Shown one piece after another: positions 28,213 through 39,900 of a stretch of 64,000 nucleotides of DNA. Position numbers and translations under genes: made by a program. The first letter of the stretch is position 1, and every line of letters begins with the position of its first letter. The stretch is from Antedon mediterranea (Eukaryota > Animalia > Echinodermata), in assembly GCF_964355755.1 (NCBI RefSeq), contig NC_092677.1, forward strand, positions 16,824,101 through 16,888,100, in the 5' to 3' direction. The notes under the pieces were generated by a model that searched no databases, was not told the origin of the DNA, and was given only the letters and a program-made list of their open reading frames with translations.

Positions 28213-28427
28213 CTGTTGTTGTGTACAACAACTTCCAAATTGTATCTTGTCTGTATACATGGTGATAACGTCCCTATAGATTTAAAATAAAAATAAAATG
28301 TCAAGAATGTATTGATTTAACGTTTTTATTTTACAGTATTGTTCGTAATGCGCCAATTGCATTAAAAATTATTCTATAATTCACGTAGGCTTACATTCAG
28401 GGAGAAGAGAAGTTTCAGGGAGAAGTT

Positions 28428-29070
28428 TATTTTCATTTCATTTCTTTTTTCATTTCATTTATTTCAATATCATTATCGCAGCCTTAGCTGAATTACAAAG
28501 ATATTTACATTTGTTCAATATTAAAATTTGTATAAAAGTATAAAACCAATGATAATAATATATAAAAAAGGAGGCAATTTACACAAGCAATACAATACAG
28601 GAACATTCAAAAAGTTTAGCTTAAAATATTAAAATAGAAAAAAAACACCTAAAAGCATCAATAAGAATCGCAAAGCTGTACTGGGTGATATATACTGATT
28701 ATTCATTTAGAAGCGAGATAAGGTATGGTATTGCACTTTTTCTATATCTTTCAACTCTGCATTTGGGTTGTTGATACTTTACACGTCTTAGTTTCATGTT
28801 ACTTACATTCTTCACTGGAAACCATTTTCCAAAATGAATACTTTTTGAACAATTCAGAGCAAACTTATAGCATAGATTACGCCTTCTATCAGATAAAGTG
28901 TCTAAAGAAAGATCATTGAGTGCTTGGTCATAACATATGTAGTCATTACACAATATTATTCTGCAAGCCCTTTTTTGGACAGATTCTATCATATCACTTT
29001 GTTTCTTAGTGAGACTAGAATGCCATACTGGGACAGCATATTCAACACTTGGTCTTATGTAACATCTACA
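28428..29070 (-). mobile_element. CR1/L2-group LINE 3' fragment
   Basis: IRPSVEYAVPVWHSSLT...IESVQKRACRII...LDTLSDRR...RYRKSAIPY, and a (TTTCA)n tail at 28428-28465. Confidence 0.85.
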
Positions 29071-29624
29071 AGATCAAATTACATTAGGCCATTTTGAGTG
29101 TTTCATCATAATTATTGTAATATCTTATACTTATATAGTGGTATATTGTATCATAGTATTAGTAATAGTAGTCTACATATTCTCCAACAGGCCTATGCTC
29201 GAGACAATGTTATTATTAAGCCCTATTGCATCATTAACGAAAAAAATACATATCAAAGTAATACGAACATGTCCGATAGGCCATGCATAAACCACCAGAC
29301 CACGTGGTATGCACGCGTCGACGTCGACAAATTATGAATGGGTGTTCGCTGCTGCAGTGGTTGTTGACACAACGTAGTATATTATCTGCGTTTGTGTTTA
29401 TATTGATCTATTTATATTTGGTTCCCTATGTCAATAATGCTATCGTTAGTATTCAAAGAATATTAATAAATATATATTATATATTTTTAAAAAGGTGATC
29501 GTGATCTAAATATAGGGCGACAGATACAAGAGCTGGTAGCCATTTGTCCATGGTAAATTCTACTAAGTACTGCATACATACATAGACTATTCGTCTGTCA
29601 GTGGGCGTTTTCTAGTTCTACCTA

Positions 29625-30319
29625 CCGTAAATATTCTATTAGTAAACACACTCTAAACACCCCCCCCCCCCTCCCCCTTCTAATAATAACCCACCTTATA
29701 AGTAACTATAATAATAAACCCACTACACTCCAATAATAGTAATCATAGGGGTTACTATGAGAGTCACAAAAACTATTGAAAAATGACACTATAAACCAAC
29801 ATTGTGGTTGCTTTTAACACGATTTATTTCTTAAAATAGGCAATAGGTCGATGATCTTTATGTGTATGTACTCCAGCTTAGTATGCCTCGACTATTGTTC
29901 CAGTTTTTGTTCAAAATAAGGATATTTTTATACAACCTTTAAAAGTTCATAAATCAATATTTTTTTCAATTTGTTTTCGGCCACAAGTAGTGACATAGCG
30001 ATAATGCATGTTGATCTTGTGAGTGAAGGGGGATTGAGTGTTTTTGAGTTTAATAAATAAAGTTTGAGTTCAACCAAATTTTTATATTCGTAGCCTAACT
30101 GTTTCATTATTTTCTATGAGTTGCTGACCGGGAAAGTTGGGGGTGGGTTACTATTTTCAGGTGAGGTGCCTAATTTAAGATTAGTAATAGCATGGAGAAA
30201 TCTAACTTATTTCTTCATGGTAATAGTAACCCACTACTGTAATAGTAACCGACCTTCTAATAGTAAGCCACCCTAAAAAATCAAAGATTAATACCCCCAG
30301 GGGTTACAATTAGAAGATT
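29625..30319. mobile_element. Tc2/pogo-like MITE with truncated right end, just upstream of morgue
   Basis: ta-CCGTAAATATTCTATTAGTAAAC left end, repeated taatagtaacc(c) subterminal motifs in both orientations, right end gggttacaattagaagatt. Confidence 0.55.
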
Positions 30320-30491
30320 CCATTCCAAACAATTCCTTCTCTCTTTCTTCTTTAACAAGAAATATAGAGGGCGGTATTTAGGAAAATCCCAAACAAAAAC
30401 AACAAAGTTTGGATAAACCGCGACCATTTACAATTAATTTCAGACTGTTTTCTCAAAAAAATCTCAGACCGACTGCCACTATATAACTAAA

Positions 30492-33400
30492 ATGAGCATT
30501 TCAGAATACGTTGAAGATATATGGGATAAGGTGGGTTTGACAAGTTACGTATTTGACATTTAAATTTAGATGCAATTCTGAATGTAATGCTAGGCCTAGG
30601 CCTTATATACTGTATAATACCAAAACTGAGACAGCAAACTCGACTAAATCCACTCGCTTGCTGTTGCTCTGCAGTTGCAGGAAATGATCAGTCGGCCTAC
30701 CGAAAGAGCATATTATGCTACATCAATAAAAAAAAAAGAAGAATTTCCTATTATTAATAGCATATTGTGTGACATTATTATCTCTATAATTATTTATGAA
30801 TATTAATTATACAATTTTTTATTGTATTGAACCATGTTTCATGAGGGTAGACCTTCTACTATACTAGCTTAGAGCCCATCCATCCATCCAGCAACAAAGC
30901 TGATCATTTTATTTGGGGCCCTCGACAATACAACACAATACAAACAGTACAAAAATACATTATCATAAAAAAAAAATAATTATAAAAAACTACTATAAAT
31001 AAAGTTTTACATATCATTTAATGCATTCCTGGATCTGTACAGGAGTTGATTATCGCAATTATTGTTGAGGAACACTGGGTATAGGTATAGGCCTTTAATA
31101 ATAATATACATTTATATATATTTTTTCTTTGATTATTTACAGCCAAATTCCTGTATTCATTGTGGAGGTTTTTATGGTATCAACTACAAGGAGCCAGTAT
31201 GTTCCACTTGCCACGCATTCCTATATCCTCCATTACAAGTTGATGAGCCTCCATGTATTACAATAACAGGGGTATGTACCATTACAGTCAATATCAGCAG
31301 ATGCTGCAGTATCTTTTCTATCTATTTACAGTATATAAGTGGGTAGCTGTAAAAACAATAAATGGCACAGTCAACCATTCATTTTGTGCATAGCTTACCT
31401 TCTCCATAAATGGTACAGTCCAAAAACCATGCTCATAATCATGATCATCATTTCTTATCCAGGTATCCAACACTCAAAAACTAGCAACACTAATTGTTTG
31501 TTTTAATGTAGACATATCCAAAGTTTTCTATTGACACAATCAATCAACCATGTACCTACAGGTAGTTCCTTGTACCCTCAGATAGAACTACTGTAAGTGC
31601 ACAGTCAACTGTGCTAATAGAAAACAAGGGATCAAACAATTAATGGTTAAAGCCCCATTCCCTACGTTTTTTAGATCTAATTTAAGATCACAAACTATAT
31701 TTAATGTAAAAATAATACTATATGGTCCTATTGTGATAACTTTTTTCGTCTTTAAACGGTTAAAAATGTGAAAAATAAATCGATTTTAATAATTATAGCG
31801 GCCCGCTATGAATCCCAAAATGCATTGCGCGCGGATTGATATTTTTGTTTTTCACCTGTAATTTGCCCACTTTTCGATCGATCGTGAAGCCAAAACAAAT
31901 GGAAGACTCCTAACTTTTCAGCGAAAATACCGGGTTTTCCCCAATTTGTATCAACGGAGTCTGGCAAAAATAGAAAGACAATTAATGCAGCAACTATACA
32001 ACGTCAGGCTAGGTATATAGCTAGCGTATGATGTTCGTACGTTACCAATGTTTACCAGCTAGGCCTACAAAACTAAGCCTAGCTAGGCTAGGCCTGAGAC
32101 CGTCCACGAGAGGTCGATCGCCGCGAGCTACTTAGGTAGTGCATTGTTTCTCACTTTTTATCATAATTTACCATAAAACGTACATTTAAGACAAGGAATG
32201 ACATGGTTTAATGTTTTTAAAGTGATATATATGTATTATTTTCCAAAAAACGTCCAAAATTGCAGGGAAGGGGTCTTTAACCCTCCATCCCAAACATTGA
32301 CTATTGACACAATTGAACATGCCAATATAAAATAAAATTAATTTTTATTATATTCATTTTCATGCTGATCCTTATCCATAAGAATTTCCGATTTGGTGAC
32401 TGAAATTTACCTTAAGGCCTAATGTTTGTTTAAGAATAAATCAGTATTTATGGGAAAGATTATCCAGACTAACTACATTTTTTTCAAACCAGTCAAAGAT
32501 TATTGTTCCATTTAATGTGTAATATTTTTAAACTTCTTGCGCTAAACTTTCCTCTTTGTCCTGAAATACCAACAATTTCAAAGTTTTCCATGAATTCATT
32601 TTCAACAGCCTGAGTCATCAAGTGATGGAGAAGACTCTGGGACCGAAGAACCCACAGACTACATGTTTAAACGCAAGAAATTAATAAAAAGTCGGCAAAA
32701 GATTATCTTGTCACCTTTGACCGGTGAACTATCAGACCGCATAACAGCATTGTCACTGTACAAGCAGCATAATGATGTCATTGAGAATGGTATTGTAGAA
32801 AATTTGCCAAATGAAGGTGAGTTTACAGTATACTCTAGACATATTGCCATTTCTCATTTTCCACACCACTATGTTTATCCTTATCATTTGATTGGTTAAT
32901 TGTACATCATGTAATTATACAGTACAGTGGTGGTCTACTAGGCATGCTTTCCGCTACTGTATAATAAACATTAAAAAAAATATTTCTTTACAGTTATTAT
33001 TTTATTCATTATATTTGATTATATATAGATGTAGTTACTATTGGGAAATAAAAAAACAATTCTATATATTTTCAGTTCTTGAGAAGATCTTCTCTTACCT
33101 TGATGACCTGACAATGGCAGTGGTGCCACTGGTGTGCCAACGATGGCAGCAGGTTGCTTCAGACCATCACAGTATGGACTGTATTGAATGGGAAGAGGCT
33201 GTACACAGAAGATGGCCACTCTTTAAACCACAGTACCAAGTGAAATGTTGGAAAACATGCTTTACAAAACTGTAAGTGGTTGCTAGTAATAATCTTATTT
33301 TGTTTTAATTAAATAAGAGGTACTTCTCATGTCTTGTCTACTTACTGGTGCCTATAACCATGGACCTGGTCCATGCTATAACTGTTACTATTTAGGGCAT

Positions 33401-36400
33401 AAAGACAATGTTTAGACATAGTTTCCAAAACCAAAACTTTTAATTTTGTTGCTGAATATGCCATTTTAATGTCACCTCGATATTCACTTTGATCAAAAAT
33501 TTGATTGGAAAAAAAAATTATTTACCTGAAAAAACTGTAATAGTCATTTGGGTTTTGGTTTAATTTATTTTGTCTTTTTATAAGTGAAAACGTTAATTTA
33601 TATTACTGATCACACGAACCACTTTGTCAGATGTAACTCAGAGATTGTATGCTCTCTTTTCTGTGCTCGTTTACACAGTTAAAATACCATATAGTTGTAA
33701 AAAGGTTGCCTAGATTGTACAGTGTAATAAATACACAATAAACAGTGTGTATGATAAAATAGCTTCCTAAATAATTGCATTTACAGGTTTAAAGTTATCT
33801 TATGAACACAGTTAAAGTCCAAGTACCCGCATAGTTGTAAAAAAGTGGCCTAGATTGACAGGATAAAAAACACTTTTATATTATTTTCAGATTAGAAACA
33901 GTGCCTTGTAGGAAATGTATTGAGCAGATCAATATAGAGGTAAATCATTTGATTGATTTTGATAAATAAAAAGTGGTAACTTCTTAGGTATAAATTGTAA
34001 TGTAAAACAATCATTTAATCAGACCTTTTCTTTGTACTTTTTTTATATACATAATAGAAAAATAACGCTTAAAAAAGAACGACGTTTCGACTCCATCATG
34101 GGGTCATGTACTTTACAGTCTATGGCAAATTACGCTTGTGTTTTATACAAATATATTAGTTTTATTAAATTACTATGTTTTATACTTCAATAAACAAATA
34201 GAAATACAAATATTAATCCTAAGAAGCCCTGTTCATCAAAAAAAATAGAAATTTTATGGATTATGTCAACAAATTTTACTGCAATTTCAAGGAGAACTGC
34301 AATAAACCATGTGTATATTAATACCTGATGAAACTTCCTAAATAATTGCATAAATAGGTTTAAAATAGGAACAAATTTAGTGACTGCAGTAGAATTACAT
34401 CAGTACAAGCATAACAACTAGCTGTCTCAATGCTTAAAACAAAACACTTTTATGAGTTGCCTATAAGAAATAATCACCTGAAATTCTACTGATAAGGATA
34501 CAACATGACTATTTTAGCTGGTAGCATACTGGTCTACTTACATAACCTTCAATTATTTTTACCATACAGTACCAGTCATAATAAATTATCCTTGAAATAC
34601 TGTAAGTGGAACTAAACGTATCTTATACTGTATACAGTATTGTTTATATCTGCCAAGATCTTCATTGTTTTCTACTCATTCACCAGCCTGTTGCCTATCC
34701 TTTGCTTACTGTATATTCCAATCCACTCAGGCAGCTCGTGTCTACCTTATTCTTACTCGTCTCCAAGTACTCTTGAGTGAGTGAGTGGCCGAGCGGTTAA
34801 GATAGTGGAACAGTAATTACGTAGCCATAACATCGGCAGGGGTTCGAGGCTCACTCACTCCATGGTTCTGGTGGTAGAACGAGTCTTCTCGGATAAGGAC
34901 TATAAACCGTAGGTCCAATGTACACATCTAGCTCGTGTGCACTTTAAAGAACCTAGTACATCTTTCGAGACGAGTAAGGGGTTACCCCGGTGTATTAGTA
35001 CAGTACATCACAGCCACTGATCACCAACTGGGCCCTCTGGGAGATCAGTCTTTGACTGAAGAGGTTACCCAGTATAAATATAAATTTCAATCAAACAAGT
35101 ACTGTACACTAACTTGTCCTAAGGAAGGGTTAGTGCCACCCAAAAGCTCTGCAATTTCTTTCATTTCAGGCTCTTTTAATTGATCGTTTAATGTACTTCT
35201 TATTAATCGTATTTGTATCTCCATTAAGATCCAGCCACTGATACCCACATCATTGTATCACTATGCCTTTATATATACACATACAGTATAGGTAGAAACC
35301 TTTGTCAAGGGGTCTAATTTCATATAATATTTGTGTTTATTAAAAGCCTCAATTCTCACATACATTACAGTACATAGTTGACATAAATAAAGTAAAAAAA
35401 ACAAGAACAACGCACATATGGAAATGATACATAATGCTGTGTAATCAACCTATAAAAATCATGTATAATAATGCAGGTAGTAATAAATTTTGCTGATAAG
35501 TTACAGTAGGTCTATAAACTATATACCATTCTTGAATTTTCTTATCCGTAATAAAAGGCCTGGCATTAAAATACACTTATAAAGTACACTTATATAATAT
35601 AAGTTGTAAAATCTCATTGTACAACCAGCTACTACTGGTAAGAGAATGTAAAGATAGATAAACTAATCATACCCCAGTATTTATATGTTTTTGTTTTCTA
35701 TATACTGGGTGACCTTTTTCAGTGCAAGACTGATCTCTCTTATAGGGCCAAATACTGAACCATAAAGGCCCATTTACACTAGGACGATAACAATCGACGA
35801 TAAACAGATAAAGATGCATTTTTGTGTGTTCATCCTATAACTATAGGATGAACATGTATGCTTCCTTTAATGAAAATGATATTTTCGCACGTCTAATCAT
35901 AATGACGTCATGATAATTGTAAAACCTATAATATCGTGACAATACAATAATTTTATTGTTTGTATTAATCATGACGTCATTTGATTGGGTTTTAAAAATA
36001 TTATTGTTATCAAAGACAGCATAAATGATTATCATATTATAGTTCTAGAACGAAAACCTTTCTAACTTTTTTGCTTTATGTAAGAAAAGTGTATGTTTAT
36101 CTGTTTATCGACGATCGTTATCTTCATAGTGGAAATGGGCCTTTATATGGCAAAGTTTTTGAACCCATACCTAAGATAATGTCTTTAAATTATTAATAAT
36201 ATATGAACTCTTTTTTTTAGAATCGTACAAATAATGGTGGAATCCAATCATGGCGAGCAAGACGATTAAAAACAGAAATGAAAAACATCAGAATGGATCC
36301 ACCAGAAGGGGTTTTAGCTGTCCCATTGACTAAGAATTGCATCCACTGGCAGGCGTCAATTATAGGTCCACCAGACAGCCCATATGAGGGCGGTATTTTC

Positions 36401-37454
36401 TATTTACACTTGCAGCTAGCTAGCAGGTATTAGATTGCTCAAATTAAAACATTTTTAACCAATCATACTCAAGGAAATTTAGTTTCCATTTTAATTTGAA
36501 AAAAAAAATTGAGAAAGAAGGCAAATTTAATTACTGAAATAAATAACAGTTTGTACTTTGTACTACTTTATTTTATGATTTTTTCCAGTTATCCTATTAA
36601 ACCACCAATTGTGCATTTTATGACCAAGATCTTTCATCCAAACATCAGTTGCCATGGTGATGTTGGCATCGACTCTTTACATCATAACTGGAGTTTAGCA
36701 TTGACAATAACAAAGGTATTACTGTGGTACTATTTTTTTTTTTTTTTAAATAGCAGAGAGCTAACTGTATAAAAGGTCTTAACTTGGAAATGTGAAAGAT
36801 GATCAGGGGAATTTACGAAAGCATGGGCAAACATGCAAGGGTGAAATCGATCTAAAGCTCTGTCTACACTATCAAACTTTAGTTTAGTTTGTGATGTGCA
36901 CATATATGGTCACGATGACATACTAATTGGTCAAATCATCCTTTTTTTTTCAAACTAGTTTGATAGGCAAGACAGAGCTTTAGGCATCAGCATTTATTGT
37001 AAACAATAGGCTTAGCGGAAAATGTTAATACGCTTTTAGGGCCAAGTAGTAAAAAGAGACCAATAACAGAGTTTCAATCTTTTGTTGAATATTTCCAAAA
37101 ATTATATCTTTTACTTTTCAGGTGCTTATTAGTGTGCAGTCATTGCTTACGGATCCTTTTACAAAAGTTTGCATGGAACCCACGATAGGTGCCTTATATG
37201 AAAACAATCGTGAAGAGTTCAACAGAATTGCACAAGATTGGACATGGCGATATGCCATGATGGACATGGTGCGACCAGACGAGTTTAATGAGATAAAAAC
37301 ACAGAGTGACAGTGATGAGAACGATGAAAGTCACGAGATGATGTATTACAGAAAATATTGCACACATCGACGACCAATAAAACCATTTGATCCGATGGAG
37401 TTGCTTATTAGTGAGGATAACGTGATAGGGAATGCTGGTGGCCCGGCTGACTGA
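30492..37454 (+). CDS. morgue: Morgue-like protein: N-terminal C4 zinc finger + F-box + variant ubiquitin-conjugating (E2) domain with active-site Cys->Gly; 428 aa
   Basis: Exons (+): 30492-30530, 31143-31271, 32609-32816, 33076-33271, 33891-33939, 36221-36426, 36589-36715, 37122-37454 (1287 nt, in phase). CIHC-x12-CSTC finger. F-box LPNEVLEKIFSYLD...VCQRWQQV. UBC domain WQASIIGPPDSPYEGGIF...YPIKPP...KIFHPNISCHGDVGIDSL, with Gly (36665-36667) at the catalytic Cys position. This domain order is that of Drosophila Morgue. Confidence 0.92.
31651..32276. mobile_element. Kolobok-like non-autonomous DNA transposon
   Basis: TTAA on both sides (31647-31650, 32277-32280). Imperfect TIR AGCCCCATTCCCTACGTTTT / AAAATTGCAGGGAAGGGGTCT with RR termini. 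Confidence 0.7.
34774..35095 (+). mobile_element. tRNA-derived SINE with Deu/Nin-type central domain, full length
   Basis: Pol III A box TGGCCGAGCGG and B box GGTTCGAGGC. The core cggataaggactataaaccgtaggtcc...ttaaagaacc...gagtaaggggttaccccggtgt resembles the DeuSINE core. A-rich tail. Confidence 0.8.
35700..35750 (-). mobile_element. 3' tail fragment of the same SINE, inverted
   Basis: tactgggtgacctttttcagtgcaagactgatctc is the near reverse complement of 35041-35075. Confidence 0.6.
35766..36142. mobile_element. PIF/Harbinger-like MITE
   Basis: ~45-bp TIRs aggcccatttacacta..acgataac..cgataaacagataaa / tttatctgtttatcg..cgttatc..tagtggaaatgggcct, flanked by TAA/TTA. Confidence 0.8.
36854..36982. 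mobile_element. Short Harbinger-like MITE family; partial copies at about 39575-39640, 44610-44712, 48640-48787 and 55530-55650
   Basis: TIRs aaagctctgtctacactatcaaact / agtttgata..agacagagcttt. Shared catatttgggcatatcactac and atatggacatgatgatgtca internal motifs. Confidence 0.7.
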
Positions 37455-38129
37455 ATTGGTATGGCCCGGCTGGCTGAATTGGTATTCCCCTTGCCAGAGC
37501 CGCCTTAAATTTTGCAATTTTCATGTGAACTCTTGGCCGGCTCGTAAACAATCATGTTATTGTTTAATCAAATAATAAAAAGATCCGATATTATTACAAA
37601 TTTGATTCACATTATGGTGCAAATGTAAGTTTGGACATAGAACACAAGCATCATTTTATCTGAACTGTTGCTTGTTTGGTCAAATTAGTGGGAACCAAGC
37701 CTAGTAGATTTTTACTTTGCTATAGCAGATTATTAAAAATAAACATTGTTTTCTGCTTTAATTACAAACACAATTGTATTATAGAATTTGTTTTAATGAA
37801 GAAACAAATTTATATTAAAAGGTGCAATAATAATAATTTTCTTTTTAAGTATACAAGTATGTTTGTAAGTAATCATTATATTAAATTAAAAACTTAACTT
37901 GCATTTTGTAGAAAAAGAAAATAAAATACTTAATTTCAATAAAACAAAACCAGTTGTTTGTTAAATTATTTAATCACACTGCAAAGAAATATTCTTGTTG
38001 GAAAAACCTTAGCATCAATAGATTGTAGGGTGTGTGCTGGTGAAAAATTTAAAATGGGTTGAAAATACTTTTCTGGGTCATTTCCTCAAAGAGGTGGAGA
38101 TCCCAATCGTTATGAACCAATTGAGATAT

Positions 38130-38495
38130 TATAGTTTATTACACCTAATTGTGTTCTTGCAATTTGATTGGTTAATAAACATTGCATGTCATTGGGAATT
38201 AGCCCTACCTAATGAAAAAGTGATATCTGATGGTGATAATTAAAGCGCATTTAACTTTTTGTAAACATTTTTCGGATTTTTGACACGCTGATCATGTTTG
38301 AATCAACTTGTGCGCACCCACCGTCTATCTGTTTGAAGTTTAGAGTACTGCCTTTTTTAATGGCCTAGCATTTGTCAATGATTTACGATGGATAAATTGA
38401 ATAAAAGTAGGCGTGTTATAAAACAAATAATGAATGTTTTGTATTACTCATAATATTCTCACCATCCAACTCATAAACATTCATTATTTGTATAA
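38130..38495 (+). mobile_element. Hairpin-ended non-autonomous repeat (subfamily B); inverted copy at 50443-50805
   Basis: Colinear reverse-complement similarity with 50443-50805 over about 350 bp. Ends in aaacaaataatgaatgttt...aaacattcattatttgtataa. Confidence 0.7.
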
Positions 38496-38611
38496 CATTA
38501 AACTAGAAATTATAGATATATTACCATAATTTGAAAATGGTTTTGGAATGTAGTTTTTAGACTGCAAAAGGCCAACAAGAAAAGAAATGACTTTACTCTT
38601 CATTGTAGTCC

Positions 38612-39143
38612 TGAACAGGGAGATAAGCGTCCCTGCCCACTGATGAGTTTGAACAGGGAGATAAGCGCCCCTGCCCACTGATGAGTTTGAACAGGGAGAT
38701 ATGCGCCCCTGCCCACTGATGAGTTTGAACAGGGAGATAAGCGCCCCTGCCCACTGATGAGTTTGAACAGGGAGATAAGCGCCCCTGCCCACTGATGAGT
38801 TTGAACAGGGAGATAAGCACCCCTGCCCACTGATGAGTTTGAACAGGGAGATAAGCGCCCCTGCCCACTGATGAGTTTGAACAGGGAGATAAGCACCCCT
38901 GCCCACTGATGAGTTTGAACAGGGAGATAAGCACCCCTGCCCACTGATGAGTTTGAACAGGGAGATAAGCGCCCCTGCCCACTGATGAGTTTGAACAGGG
39001 AGATAAGCGCCCCTGCCCACTGATGAGTTTGAACAGGGAGATAAGCACCCCTGCCCACTGATGAGTTTGAACAGGGAGATAAGCGCCCCTGCCCACTGAT
39101 GAGTTTGAACAGGGAGATAAGCGCCCCTGCCCACTGATGAGTT
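38612..39143. repeat. Minisatellite, 14 x 38 bp (TGAACAGGGAGATAAGCGCCCCTGCCCACTGATGAGTT)
   Basis: 532 bp, units differ at only 1-2 positions, no unique spacers. Confidence 0.97.
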
Positions 39144-39642
39144 TCAGGATCCCTTTGACCCGGAGGGAGAGTACCTGTCAGGGTCCCTACCTAGGGTTAC
39201 AGGTCTCAGGTTTTTAGTTTTTTTAATTAATTAGTGTTCCATTCCATGACCTTCTCATCAAAATTAATTTCTCTCATTGTTGTGCTATGTCAACATAATG
39301 TCAATGACGGCAAAATGTCCCCAATAATGGGGATAGCTATGCAAACAAGTAACAAGTAAGTAAGCTGATCATAACAGAAAACTCCATGTAGCTGTGAATA
39401 GAAGCTCAAATGCAATATGGAGGACTAACCAATGGACAGACAGATCATAGTAGTGGGCAAACTTATGCTTAGAATGTTGTCCTATGACAGGAAAAATTCA
39501 CAATAAAACAATGTCTAAGTATTTAATGTTAAAAAACAGTGCTGTGTTTGTCTTATCAGTATCATGAATATGGCTCTATCACCATAATATTATTGATAAT
39601 TAAATGGTTTATCCATGTCATGTGATTACATATCATGTTTAA

Positions 39643-39858
39643 TTTTCATTTCATTTCATTTATTTCGTCTCACATAATTATAACAAAAAATAACAAACAA
39701 AAGAGAGAGACAGGATTCCCAAAAGCGAACTAAATCAAACTATCAAGTGGGTCTCCAAAGCAAAACATAATCCAACAATAAAATACAAAATTACAACATT
39801 AAAAACAACGTGAAGATTAAAAAGTACAAAATATCTATACAAAAGTTACCCTAGACAA

Positions 39859-39900
<42 letters not shown>

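Noticed and set aside
34774-34862. tRNA gene
   Set aside because: A and B boxes are present but there is no clean cloverleaf. It continues into a SINE core and tail and recurs at 49790.
37452-37950. Selenocysteine recoding of the morgue TGA
   Set aside because: No convincing SECIS (AUGA/GA quartet with apical AA) is visible downstream, and the TGA is far from any catalytic position.
38484-39143. CRISPR-like array, or three overlapping repeat ORFs
   Set aside because: Units are contiguous with no unique spacers, there are no cas genes and the context is eukaryotic. The ORFs cycle through frames because 38 is not a multiple of 3.
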